Shown here one piece after another: positions 1 through 8,856 of a DNA stretch of 64,000 nt. Under the pieces are notes generated by a model that made no database searches, was not told the DNA's origin, and was given only the letters and a program-made list of their open reading frames with translations. Source of the stretch: Candidatus Sericytochromatia bacterium (GTDB lineage Bacteria; Cyanobacteriota; Sericytochromatia; UBA7694); NCBI GenBank assembly GCA_963797915.1, contig CAWCRG010000017.1:235074-299073 (forward strand). The letters are read 5' to 3'. Position 1 is the stretch's first letter. The number at the start of each line of letters is the position of its first letter. Position numbers and translations under genes: made by a program.

Positions 1-1365
1 CCCCTGGCAGAGCTTCCCTATGCAGGCTTTGAATTACCCTCTACTGTTGACCTATCAGAGCACATGCCCCCACCCGGCCACCAGGCCCAGCAAAACTCTT
101 GCGCCGCCTGGGCCAGCGCTTACGCGGTGAAAACCTATCAAGAAAAGGTGGAGCAGCGCTATCACCTTGTCGATAAGGGACAGACCCACTGGTCTCGTAT
201 TTTTAGCCCGGCCTTTGTTTACAACCAGATCAATCAGGGGCGCGATGGTGGAGCCACTCTGGTGGATGCGTTAAACTTATTGCGCGCTAAGGGGGCTCTG
301 TCCTGGGCCGATATGCCCTATTTATCAGACAATATTACCCAGTACCCCTCACCAGAACAATTACAAAAAGCCCGTCAATTTCGGATTGCCTACTGGCGTC
401 AGGTGAATGTAGCCGATGTGATGGAGATTAAATCCCATGTGCATGCGGGCTATCCGGTGATGACGGGGATGCTCATTGATCAGGGCTTTTATCACCTGGG
501 AAAAACCGCATGGAATCGCTTTGATGGCACCCCAAAATCTGGCCATGCCGTGGTTGTGGTAGGCTTTGATGATCATAAACACGCCTTTAAAGTCATGAAC
601 TCCTGGGGCCAGGCCTGGAGCGAAGGCGGGTATGGATGGGTGACCTACCGCCAGTTTCGCAAGGCGGCCCGTGAAGCCTATGTGGCCAAAGATGCCTGGA
701 ACGATCCTCCCATGCCCCCATTGACAACAGCGCCTGGAACGATTAGCGATCGTTTTGGTGCTACTCAGAAACTTAAAAAAGATCGCCCTGCCGGCAATAG
801 TGCACCCTCTGAAAAACCCAAAAAATCAGAAAAAACTGACGCAAGGGCTGAAGAAAAAGAGCGGGGGGTCAAGAATGATAATATGCCTGCAGCGCCCAGC
901 ATTGTCTCTGAACCAGAGCAGTCAACGGCTCTTGAACAGTCAACGGTTTTCGATACGTCTGCCGATGATACTTTGGATCCGGGAATATGGGTGACTGAAA
1001 AAAGTACAAGCACTGCTCAGCAGCTTTCTTTCTCAGGGACAGTCACCTTTGCAAAGCCTTTTTCTTACCCTGAGGTGATTCTTCATTTTTACAAGATGCC
1101 AGCGCAGGGAACAAAAACACAGCCTTTTTACAGCAATGCTTCAGAGGGAACGCCCTACCAACTTCCCAATGGACAATTTGCCCTTAAAGCAGTGCTTGCT
1201 GAACCTGTAGTGAATGCTCGGGGAGTGACTTATGCCTGGCGGGCGACCGCGCCATCAAAGGCAGCCGGAGTTGTTTCTGTGAGCGAACGCTTGCAGACAC
1301 AGCCCGTGTTTTATACCGATAAATTTGGAGTGAGTAAGGGACCTTTCATTCTTTTGTCCCCTTAA
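1..1365 (+). CDS. Papain-like (C1A family) cysteine peptidase, 5'-partial, with ~220 aa Ser/Thr/Pro-rich C-terminal extension
   Basis: Frame 1 is open from base 1, so the gene starts upstream of the window. It has the catalytic Cys motif QNSCAAWAS, the His motif GHAVVVVGFD and the Asn-Ser-Trp motif NSWGQAWSEGGYGWV. The low-complexity C-terminal half looks like a linker plus extra domain. Confidence 0.8.
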   Translation, partial: PLAELPYAGFELPSTVDLSEHMPPPGHQAQQNSCAAWASAYAVKTYQEKVEQRYHLVDKGQTHWSRIFSPAFVYNQINQGRDGGATLVDALNLLRAKGALSWADMPYLSDNITQYPSPEQLQKARQFRIAYWRQVNVADVMEIKSHVHAGYPVMTGMLIDQGFYHLGKTAWNRFDGTPKSGHAVVVVGFDDHKHAFKVMNSWGQAWSEGGYGWVTYRQFRKAAREAYVAKDAWNDPPMPPLTTAPGTISDRFGATQKLKKDRPAGNSAPSEKPKKSEKTDARAEEKERGVKNDNMPAAPSIVSEPEQSTALEQSTVFDTSADDTLDPGIWVTEKSTSTAQQLSFSGTVTFAKPFSYPEVILHFYKMPAQGTKTQPFYSNASEGTPYQLPNGQFALKAVLAEPVVNARGVTYAWRATAPSKAAGVVSVSERLQTQPVFYTDKFGVSKGPFILLSP

Positions 1366-1372
1366 GTGCGGC

Positions 1373-2086
1373 TTAGCGGCTTAGTAATAGAGCTGCAAGA
1401 TCCATACTCAGGGCCACAAGCCAGTGCAGGAGAGCGCCTCCCCAGATTGAACGGTTTTTATAGGCCAGGTGGGCCAATACAATTCCCGCTAGAATCGCCC
1501 CCAGGGACTCACCCATGGGTTTGCCGTAGTGAATCATGCAATAGGGAATGCTGCTGATTAAAAAAGCGTAGGATCCAAAGCGGCGATACAAGCCAAAACT
1601 CATAAATCCTCTGAAAAAAAACTCGACCGCCACAAACTGACTGGCGTAGGCCAATTGCCACAGTATAAAAAGTGCCCAACTGGTTTTAACATAGCCAAAA
1701 AAGGGATAGCTTTTTTGAAAGGCGGGTGTGCTGGCCGCAAAAATAATCGGTAAGAGCATCAGGCCAAAAAAGAGTAGATAAGGCAGAAGATGCCTGTGGA
1801 GTTTATTCCAGCGCCAGCCATAATCCCAGGGGGATTCTTTGAGTCCCCAGCGGATCCACAGCGAGGGAATAATGGCATAGAGCAGCACAATGCTGGCACA
1901 CCAACTTAAGGACCCCCACATCTCAAGACGTGACTCTGCGACAAAGGGCTTGAGCCATCTCGATAAGACGGCATATTTTGCCCAGTAGTGCTGAAGTGTT
2001 AGTAAGACCGGGACGATTAAGAAAATGCTGGTTTCTTTAAAGTCGAGTTCTTCTCGGAGCGTGCTTATTTCGGTGCGTATAGACAT
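1373..2086 (-). CDS. CPBP-family (CAAX/Abi-like) intramembrane glutamic endopeptidase
   Basis: Multi-TM protein with the EFFFRGF (EExxxR) motif and a downstream His motif. I prefer the internal ATG at 2086 (MSIRTE...), which has a GAGGAA Shine-Dalgarno and does not overlap the upstream channel gene. The ORF track gives 2209. Confidence 0.7.
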   Translation of the reverse strand: MSIRTEISTLREELDFKETSIFLIVPVLLTLQHYWAKYAVLSRWLKPFVAESRLEMWGSLSWCASIVLLYAIIPSLWIRWGLKESPWDYGWRWNKLHRHLLPYLLFFGLMLLPIIFAASTPAFQKSYPFFGYVKTSWALFILWQLAYASQFVAVEFFFRGFMSFGLYRRFGSYAFLISSIPYCMIHYGKPMGESLGAILAGIVLAHLAYKNRSIWGGALLHWLVALSMDLAALLLSR

Positions 2087-2105
2087 GGGGGTTCCTCGGT
2101 GTTCC

Positions 2106-2969
2106 TCAGCGCGTGTTTTTGTCCTGGCGTAAGGCGCGAATTTCATGGCGTAACTCTTCAATGAGAGCCATTTGTTCACGGTGGGCCTGTCGGACAAGGT
2201 TTTCGACAAGTTCGGTGTTATCAGCGGTCATTTCATCTACAAATACCGCGTTGGCGAGGGCGAATCCTAAAATACCGCCCAAAAACACGGCGACAACATA
2301 GTATAACCGTAAACCCAGCGCCCAGGAGGCGGCGCCACTGCGTGCGTAGAGTAAGTCAGGCACTTCGTACCAGCCTTCGACGGTAAAGACTTTGAACAGG
2401 GCGTACCATGATTCAAAAGGATTCCCAAAGTATTCAGGGGCAAGATCGCCAAACAAAAAAGTTGCTCCCATGGCAAACAGCAGGTTTAATAATAAAATGG
2501 CTAAAAAAACCGATACAGAGGCTTTGGTGGCGCGCAAAATACCGGCCCAGATATGCTCTCCATTGGGTGTAAAGCGCAATAAGCGAAAAAATTTAATCAG
2601 CCGTCCAAAACGTAATAATAGCAGCACAGAAAAGGCCTGCGAGTGCCAAAGAAAAGGAAAGAGAGAGGGGATCGCCAAAAGAATGACCCAAAAGTCAAAG
2701 CGATTCCAACCGTTTTGCCAGAACTTTTTTGGTCCAATGAGATAGAGCTTACACACCAACTCCAATAAAAAGTACAGGGTGCACCAGGTATCAATGGTCC
2801 CCAGCCAACCGCCTGTCATGTGGTGGACAGAGGGGAATGCGTCAAAAAAAAGGCTCAGGCTGTTCACCAGAATCACGTAGACAACGCGTTCTTCCTGGGT
2901 TACAATACGTGCAAGTAAGTGAAGCAAACATCTTCTCCTTATGTTGGAAAACAGTATAGCAAATTGCAT
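2106..2969 (-). CDS. Ion-transport (voltage-gated cation channel family) protein, single 6TM repeat
   Basis: Has an S4-like voltage sensor with Arg every third residue (LLLRFGRLIKFFRLLRF), a pore-like segment FTVEGW and a C-terminal coiled coil. This layout is typical of bacterial Nav/Kv-type channels. Confidence 0.55.
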   Translation of the reverse strand: MQFAILFSNIRRRCLLHLLARIVTQEERVVYVILVNSLSLFFDAFPSVHHMTGGWLGTIDTWCTLYFLLELVCKLYLIGPKKFWQNGWNRFDFWVILLAIPSLFPFLWHSQAFSVLLLLRFGRLIKFFRLLRFTPNGEHIWAGILRATKASVSVFLAILLLNLLFAMGATFLFGDLAPEYFGNPFESWYALFKVFTVEGWYEVPDLLYARSGAASWALGLRLYYVVAVFLGGILGFALANAVFVDEMTADNTELVENLVRQAHREQMALIEELRHEIRALRQDKNTR

Positions 2970-2978
2970 CGAATCCTA

Positions 2979-3007
2979 TTGCGGCCCACATGCCCCTAAG
3001 CTATAAT
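2979..3007 (+). promoter_or_regulatory. Sigma70-like promoter for the tRNA-Ser/tRNA-Arg pair (-35 TTGCGG, 17 nt spacer, -10 TATAAT)
   Basis: Perfect TATAAT at 3002-3007 and TTGCGG at 2979-2984 with exact 17 nt spacing, about 28 nt upstream of the tRNA-Ser 5' end. Confidence 0.4.
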
Positions 3008-3034
3008 GAACTCCACATTGAGATTGTTTCTCAA

Positions 3035-3124
3035 GGAGAGATGGCTGAGTGGCTGAAAGCACCTCTTTGCTAAAGAGACGTACGGATTATATCTGTACCG
3101 AGGGTTCGAATCCCTCTCTCTCCG
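3035..3124 (+). tRNA. tRNA-Ser (anticodon GCU), long variable arm
   Basis: Cloverleaf folded by hand: acceptor GGAGAGA/TCTCTCC, anticodon loop TTGCTAA, long extra arm, T-arm GAGGGTTCGAATCCCTC, discriminator G. No encoded CCA. Confidence 0.85.
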
Positions 3125-3131
3125 CTTGAAT

Positions 3132-3204
3132 GCGCCTGTAGCTCAATGGATAGAGTAGCTGACTACGAATCAGTTGGTTGTAGGTTCGACTCCTGCCAGG
3201 CGCA
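3132..3204 (+). tRNA. tRNA-Arg (anticodon ACG)
   Basis: Acceptor GCGCCTG/CAGGCGC, anticodon loop CTACGAA, T-arm GTAGGTTCGACTCCTGC, discriminator A. Confidence 0.9.
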
Positions 3205-3210
3205 CCTTTT

Positions 3211-3240
3211 AAAAGCTCCCCCAGAAGGGGAGCTTTTTTA
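3211..3240 (+). terminator. Rho-independent terminator after the tRNA pair
   Basis: An 8 bp GC-rich stem AGCTCCCC/GGGGAGCT with loop CAGAA, followed by TTTTTTATTT. Confidence 0.65.
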
Positions 3241-3297
3241 TTTGTTTAATCATGTCATGATAGCAAGATGTTGCATCAATGAAAGAGGGCCAGTGCT

Positions 3298-4809
3298 GTG
3301 AGCGATCAGCGTCGCGGAAACTCCAGTTTACATTTTGCCAGCGTATTTTATGTGATCGGTCTGATCCTGGCTTGTACGAGTGTGGGTCTACTTCTGCCCT
3401 TAATTACGGCTTTTCTGTACGAAGAAGTACAGGGGCAAATTGCTTTTGGCATTACCATCGCCACCAGCCTGGTCATAGGCCTGGGCCTGTTTTTTTCTCT
3501 GAAACCTCATTTTGATCCACGTGCTCTGCGTCAACGAGAAGCCTGCTTTATCGTCACCTTTGCCTGGGTTGCGATTGCCGGTCTGGCTGCCATGCCGTAT
3601 ATGCTCACCGGTAGCTTTGTGGCCACGGGTCCATGGGGCTGGTTAGAGATCTTCACCAATAGCTATTTTGAAGCCCTTTCGGGGCTGACCACCACCGGTG
3701 CGAGCGTGGTTAACGATATTCCCGGTCTGTCGAGAAGTATTTTACTCTGGCGCAGCGAAAGCCAGTGGCTAGGCGGTATGGGTATTATTTTATTATCCAT
3801 CGCTATTTTGCCGCTTCTGGGTGTGGGTGGCATGCAGCTGTTTAAGGCTGAGGTGCCCGGTATTTCGGTCGATAAGTTAACCCCACGTATCAGTGATACA
3901 GCTAAGTCTCTCTGGCTACTATATGTCTTACTTACCCTGGCTGAGTTTTTCCTTTTGTGTTTTAAAATGAGTCCTTTTGACGCTCTCTGTCACGCTTTCT
4001 CCACCCTTTCGACGGGTGGTTTTTCACCGATGGGCGCTAGCGTTGAAGACTATCACAGTGCTTATGTGGATCTGGTGATCACTGCCTTTATGTTTATGGG
4101 CGGGGTTAACTTTGTCTTGATTTATAAATTGTTTCAGGGCAAATTACGAGACATTTGGGCTGATCAAGAGTTTAAAGTTTATGCTGTGATGATCCTGTTG
4201 GTGCTGGGCTTAATTACAGGTAACTTACTGCACGAAGGTGTCTTTACGCATGCTGCAGACGCCACCCGACATGCTCTTTTTCAAATTGTCAGCGTGGCGA
4301 CCACCACCGGTTTTAGCAGTCAAAACTGGGAAACCTGGCCTGTGTTCTCGCAAACCCTGCTACTCACGCTAATGATTGGTGGCGGTATGGCGGGATCGAC
4401 GGCGGGGGGAGCCAAGTTAATACGCCTGGTTATTTTATTTAAATACGCCTGGCGCGAGTTATTGACCATCATTCACCCCCGCGCGGTGATCTCAATTAAG
4501 CTTGGCGGTCAGCCGGTTTCCCGTGATGTATTACGGGCGGTGCTCGCCTTTTTCACGATTATGAGTTTTTTGCTGATTTCAGGTACCCTGGCGTTAACAG
4601 CGATGGGTATTGATTTTAGCACCTCAATTTCAGCCGTGTTGACCTCCATCAGCAACGTTGGGCCGGGGATTAATCGTGTGGGTCCCGGCCATAATTTCGA
4701 GGGCTTGCCCATTTTGGCCAAATGGATTTTATTGTTTTGTATGCTGCTTGGCCGTTTAGAGATTTACACTGCTTTTGTATTATTGGTCCCAGATTTTTGG
4801 CGAAAGTAA
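3298..4809 (+). CDS. trkH: TrkH/KtrB-family potassium uptake permease
   Basis: Polytopic protein with repeated pore-loop motifs (TTTGAS, TTTGFSS, GGGMAGSTAGGAKL), as expected for the Trk/Ktr/HKT superfamily. Starts at GTG. Confidence 0.8.
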   Translation: MSDQRRGNSSLHFASVFYVIGLILACTSVGLLLPLITAFLYEEVQGQIAFGITIATSLVIGLGLFFSLKPHFDPRALRQREACFIVTFAWVAIAGLAAMPYMLTGSFVATGPWGWLEIFTNSYFEALSGLTTTGASVVNDIPGLSRSILLWRSESQWLGGMGIILLSIAILPLLGVGGMQLFKAEVPGISVDKLTPRISDTAKSLWLLYVLLTLAEFFLLCFKMSPFDALCHAFSTLSTGGFSPMGASVEDYHSAYVDLVITAFMFMGGVNFVLIYKLFQGKLRDIWADQEFKVYAVMILLVLGLITGNLLHEGVFTHAADATRHALFQIVSVATTTGFSSQNWETWPVFSQTLLLTLMIGGGMAGSTAGGAKLIRLVILFKYAWRELLTIIHPRAVISIKLGGQPVSRDVLRAVLAFFTIMSFLLISGTLALTAMGIDFSTSISAVLTSISNVGPGINRVGPGHNFEGLPILAKWILLFCMLLGRLEIYTAFVLLVPDFWRK

Positions 4810-4818
4810 CCCACGAAT

Positions 4819-5997
4819 CTATCCGCTAATGACTTCGCTATTGATCTGAATCCCCCGTTTTTGGAGCTCTTGCATAAACACTGTGCCAGGCACCGCCAGT
4901 TCCAGAGGAATCGCCCCTTTTTGGTTGAGACCTTTGGCAGACATGATGGCTACAATTGAAGCGGGGTAGCCCGTCATACGAGACATGGCGTTAAACGATG
5001 TATTCTCGTCATAGTAGTCCAGGATGGTGTAGCTCACGGTACTGGGTAGCCCATTTTTTGTGCCTTTGCAAACCGATTGAATGACCACCAGGTCCCGCTT
5101 GTCTTCAAAGGTCAGGCGTTCTTTGGCAACGGCGTGAAAAAGATCGCGAGGCACGACATTTTGGCCCTTTACATTCACAGGATCCAGTTCCAGTAAGCCC
5201 AGATCTTTTAATACCTTAAACTTGGCATGGTGTCCCGGGTAACGAATGGTTTTGTACTCGTAGGTGTTGATTTTGCCTTCATAGGTCCAGGGGCAGGTGG
5301 AGCTGCCGCCAGAGGTCGTGAAGGCCTCCACTTCGCCGAGGCCTTCAATATGAAAAGTTTCCAGTTCCTCAAAAGTATCTACCTCCAGAATGTTTCCGTT
5401 ACGTAAAATGACGGCTTTACCAAAGTATTCATTGGTTAAGCCTTCAATACTAAAGACAATCATATAATCCAGAGGGGGTTGCGGATGCTGAGGAAGACCT
5501 CCACAGCGGATTTGCACTTCTTCACAATGGTCCAGTTGCTGAATACTGTAGGCGGCCAGGGTATTGCCCAGACCTGGTGCCAAACCGCAATCGGGAATGA
5601 GTGAGATACCCGCAGCGAGGGCCTGTTCGTGAAGCGCGAGCTCTTCCTGGACCAGTGCAGTGTTGCCCCCGAGATCGTTAAAGTGCGTCTGGGTGGCCAC
5701 AGCGCAACGGGCAATGGTGGGGTTGAATCGATAGGGCACAGCACTCAGACAGCTATCCACATCCTTCATGCTGTTTGTCAGGGCCTCGGTGTCCGTTACG
5801 TCAATAACGCCAGCGACGACGCAGGGAGGCAAGCCTTCTTTTGTCAACAGCGTGTTAATGTGTTGAGCAGATGCTTCCGCCTGTTCTGCTGCTGCATCCT
5901 TAATATAAACGGTACGGGCTTCGCCAAAGCGGGCCATATCATAAGCGATGGTGGTGCCCTGGGTTCCGGCACCGAGTACGAGATAGGTATACATCAT
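4819..5997 (-). CDS. Saccharopine dehydrogenase-like NAD(P)-binding oxidoreductase
   Basis: N-terminal Rossmann motif VLGAGTQG and an overall length and architecture typical of the saccharopine dehydrogenase (Sacchrp_dh) family. Confidence 0.6.
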   Translation of the reverse strand: MMYTYLVLGAGTQGTTIAYDMARFGEARTVYIKDAAAEQAEASAQHINTLLTKEGLPPCVVAGVIDVTDTEALTNSMKDVDSCLSAVPYRFNPTIARCAVATQTHFNDLGGNTALVQEELALHEQALAAGISLIPDCGLAPGLGNTLAAYSIQQLDHCEEVQIRCGGLPQHPQPPLDYMIVFSIEGLTNEYFGKAVILRNGNILEVDTFEELETFHIEGLGEVEAFTTSGGSSTCPWTYEGKINTYEYKTIRYPGHHAKFKVLKDLGLLELDPVNVKGQNVVPRDLFHAVAKERLTFEDKRDLVVIQSVCKGTKNGLPSTVSYTILDYYDENTSFNAMSRMTGYPASIVAIMSAKGLNQKGAIPLELAVPGTVFMQELQKRGIQINSEVISG

Positions 5998-6009
5998 ATT
6001 CTCCTTGTC

Positions 6010-7437
6010 CTACACCACTTCTCCCCAGGAGGATTCAGAAGTGGGTGGGTGATCTGTTGTTTCTGTATTCAGGGGTTGCGTTGCGCCCCCATTGGGTTGT
6101 GCCTTGAGCGGCGTGGTTTGAATGGTTTTATGTAGCTCAATGACTTCGATTTTTGGGCCGCTCACGCCTTTTACCGTGAGACGCCAGCTTTTATAAATAA
6201 AGCTTTCTCCCTCTTGGGGAATATGTCCCAACTGTTCGAGTACAAACCCGGCCAGGGTCTGGTATTTTCCGTCAGGGAGTATGAGATTCAGTTCCTCTGC
6301 GAGATCGTAAATAGAGGTTTGGGCTTGAATAAGATAGCTGTCGGGACCGATTTTTTGAATGTCGGCATTTTCATTGGCGGTGGCTTTGACATCGTCAAAC
6401 ACCTCCCGCATGAGATCGTTAAAGGTAATGAGTCCCTCGGTGCCTCCGTATTCGTCGGCCACAATGACCGTGCGTAAGCGATGGCTTTGCATCATTTGCA
6501 GTAATTGAATAATCCGTTTATTTTCGGGAATGAACAGTGTGGGTCGCACAAATTGTTTGAGACGCATACTGCTTTTAATAGAGCCATGGTAATTTAAACG
6601 AATCAGCTCTTTGAGGTGAACCATTCCTTTGATATCGTCAATGGATTCACCATAGATGGGAAAGCGGGAGTGGCCACTTTCCATCATTTGAGGCAGGGCA
6701 TCGATGACCGTGTCTTCCATATTGAAGGCTTCCATGTGGGTTCGGCTGGTCATGACCTCTGAGACACGGGTATCACCAAACTCAAAAACGCTGCGCAATA
6801 AATCCCGCTCATCATCGTCGAGAACGCCCTCTTGACTGCTGCGATCAATAATTAAAAGCAGCTCTTCTTCGGTGATGGAGGGCGTGCTCTCTTTGTTGCC
6901 AAAAATGCGGTCTAGCAAACGGATGAGGAGACGAGAGGGAATGACAAAGGCAAAGCGTATCAGTGGGTAAAGTAGTTTTACCACCACATTCAGTGGCCGA
7001 GATATCAAGAGGGCCATACGGGTTGCGTGTCTGGCAGCATAGGTTTTGGGCGTGATTTCTCCGAAGAGAACGATTAAAAACTCGAGTAAAAAAGGAATGA
7101 GGGTCAGGGTAAGTAAAGTGACACCGCCCAGCATAATGTGGTGATCTTTACCTAGAATACGCTCTGCAGAAGAGACACCAAAAGAGGCGGCAAAGATGAT
7201 AAACATGTTTTCTACCGCCAGAATGGTGGCAAACATTTTATCTTCGTTGTCTCGCAACTCACAAAAGGCTTTAGCAGGCTTGCTCCCGCGCACCGCCAAC
7301 TGTTGAATACGCAGTCGGTTGGCGGCTAAGATCGAGGCTTCAGAACTGGCAAAGGCCGCCACCATAAAAATACAGACAGACACGACACCAGTTGCCAACA
7401 AGAGATTGTCAGTGCCTAAGCCACCGCCACCTGACAT
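6010..7437 (-). CDS. CNNM/HlyC-type transporter-associated protein (DUF21 TM domain + CBS pair + CorC_HlyC domain)
   Basis: N-terminal 4TM DUF21 region, tandem CBS motifs and a C-terminal CorC/HlyC transporter-associated domain. It also carries an extra polar ~50 aa tail. Confidence 0.8.
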   Translation of the reverse strand: MSGGGGLGTDNLLLATGVVSVCIFMVAAFASSEASILAANRLRIQQLAVRGSKPAKAFCELRDNEDKMFATILAVENMFIIFAASFGVSSAERILGKDHHIMLGGVTLLTLTLIPFLLEFLIVLFGEITPKTYAARHATRMALLISRPLNVVVKLLYPLIRFAFVIPSRLLIRLLDRIFGNKESTPSITEEELLLIIDRSSQEGVLDDDERDLLRSVFEFGDTRVSEVMTSRTHMEAFNMEDTVIDALPQMMESGHSRFPIYGESIDDIKGMVHLKELIRLNYHGSIKSSMRLKQFVRPTLFIPENKRIIQLLQMMQSHRLRTVIVADEYGGTEGLITFNDLMREVFDDVKATANENADIQKIGPDSYLIQAQTSIYDLAEELNLILPDGKYQTLAGFVLEQLGHIPQEGESFIYKSWRLTVKGVSGPKIEVIELHKTIQTTPLKAQPNGGATQPLNTETTDHPPTSESSWGEVV

Positions 7438-7473
7438 AGGTTTAGGGACACATCACAAAGAAAGTAATTGGCA

Positions 7474-8856
7474 TTAAGCGAGGTTTGCCCAGCTTGCGGT
7501 TTTGCTACCCAATTGTTTGACCGCGTTCACCGTATCTTGAAAGGGGGTGGGATCGTTAGTGCCCTGTTTACGGAAACTCTTGATCTGATCAATCATGGAG
7601 ATCGCATGGTCAATATCTGCGTTGCTGCCTCGCACGTAAGCCCCAATGTTAATCAAATCGACGGCACTCTCGTAAGTGGACAAAATATTGCGAACCTCGG
7701 AGGCTGCGGCCTGGTGTTCAGGGGTGGTCAGGGCGTTAAACAAGCGGCTTACGCTGGGGAGAATATCAATGGCGGGATAGATGTTGTCTGAGGCAATTTT
7801 ACGGCTCATGACGATGTGGCCGTCCAAAATACCCCGCACCGCATCGGCAACGGGCTCATCCATGTCTCCCCCCTCAACGAGTACGGTGTAAAGGGCCGTA
7901 ATCGAGCCACTTTCACCCATACCTGTGCGCTCTAAAAGTTCAGGCAAGAGGGCAAATACAGAAGGTGTATAACCTTTGGTTGCCGGGGGCTCACCAATCG
8001 CCAGGCCGATTTCCCGTTGTGCCATCGCAAAACGGGTTACCGAATCCATCATCAAAAAGACGTTTTTACCCTGGTCACGAAAGTATTCACAAATGGCTGT
8101 GGCGGTATAGGCCGCTTTTACCCGCTCCAGAGATGAGGTGTCAGAGGTTGCCGACACCACGACGGCACGAGCCATACCCTCTTCACCGAGGTTGTCCTCA
8201 ATAAACTCTAAAACTTCTCGGCCCCGCTCTCCCACGTTACAGACCACGGCAATATCTGCTTTGGCGTTACGGGCAATAGAGCCGAGAAGCGTGGACTTAC
8301 CGACACCAGAGCCGGCAAACATGCCCACCCGTTGACCGGCGCCAAAGGTCAGCATGCCGTCAATTACGCGAACACCCGTGGGCATGACGGTATCGATCCG
8401 TTTTCTTTTCATGGGGTTTGGCGCAGGGGCGCGCAGGGGATAGTATTTTTCGGCAACAACGGGGCCTTTGCCGTCAATGGGGTTACCCAGACCGTCTAAA
8501 ACGCGTCCGAGTAGGCCAGGGCCACATTTAACAGAAACCTGTTTACCGGTGGCAATAACTTCTGCACCGGCACCAATACCTTCTAAGTTTGCCAGCGGCA
8601 TGAGTAAAACACGGCGGGCACGAAAACCCACCACTTCGCAGGGGTAGGTCCGCTTGCGATCAGAGGAGCGAATAAAGCAGAGTTCACCAATTTCTACGCC
8701 CTGGAGCAGGGCTTCTAACACCAGGCCCACGACCTGAACGACGGAGCCTTTGGCGCGAATCAGGTTCGTATTACTCAACATTACCTGATAATTTTGATAG
8801 TCAAAATAATGCTCGTAAGATTCGTCTACACCCTGTGCGTACGCAAGATTACCCAC
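7474..8856 (-). CDS. Type III secretion / flagellar export ATPase (FliI/SctN family)
   Basis: Walker A GSGVGKST and Walker B LLMMDSVTR, with an F1-ATPase-like fold and an N-terminal beta-barrel region. It starts at GTG immediately after the stop of the FliH-like gene (TAAGTG). Confidence 0.85.
   Translation of the reverse strand: MGNLAYAQGVDESYEHYFDYQNYQVMLSNTNLIRAKGSVVQVVGLVLEALLQGVEIGELCFIRSSDRKRTYPCEVVGFRARRVLLMPLANLEGIGAGAEVIATGKQVSVKCGPGLLGRVLDGLGNPIDGKGPVVAEKYYPLRAPAPNPMKRKRIDTVMPTGVRVIDGMLTFGAGQRVGMFAGSGVGKSTLLGSIARNAKADIAVVCNVGERGREVLEFIEDNLGEEGMARAVVVSATSDTSSLERVKAAYTATAICEYFRDQGKNVFLMMDSVTRFAMAQREIGLAIGEPPATKGYTPSVFALLPELLERTGMGESGSITALYTVLVEGGDMDEPVADAVRGILDGHIVMSRKIASDNIYPAIDILPSVSRLFNALTTPEHQAAASEVRNILSTYESAVDLINIGAYVRGSNADIDHAISMIDQIKSFRKQGTNDPTPFQDTVNAVKQLGSKTASWANLA

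Noticed and set aside
2970-3300. tRNA-Ser/tRNA-Arg locus as an integration site for a mobile element or island
   Set aside because: No integrase, excisionase, or direct repeat of the tRNA 3' end is visible downstream. The flanking genes (ion channel, TrkH) look like chromosomal core.
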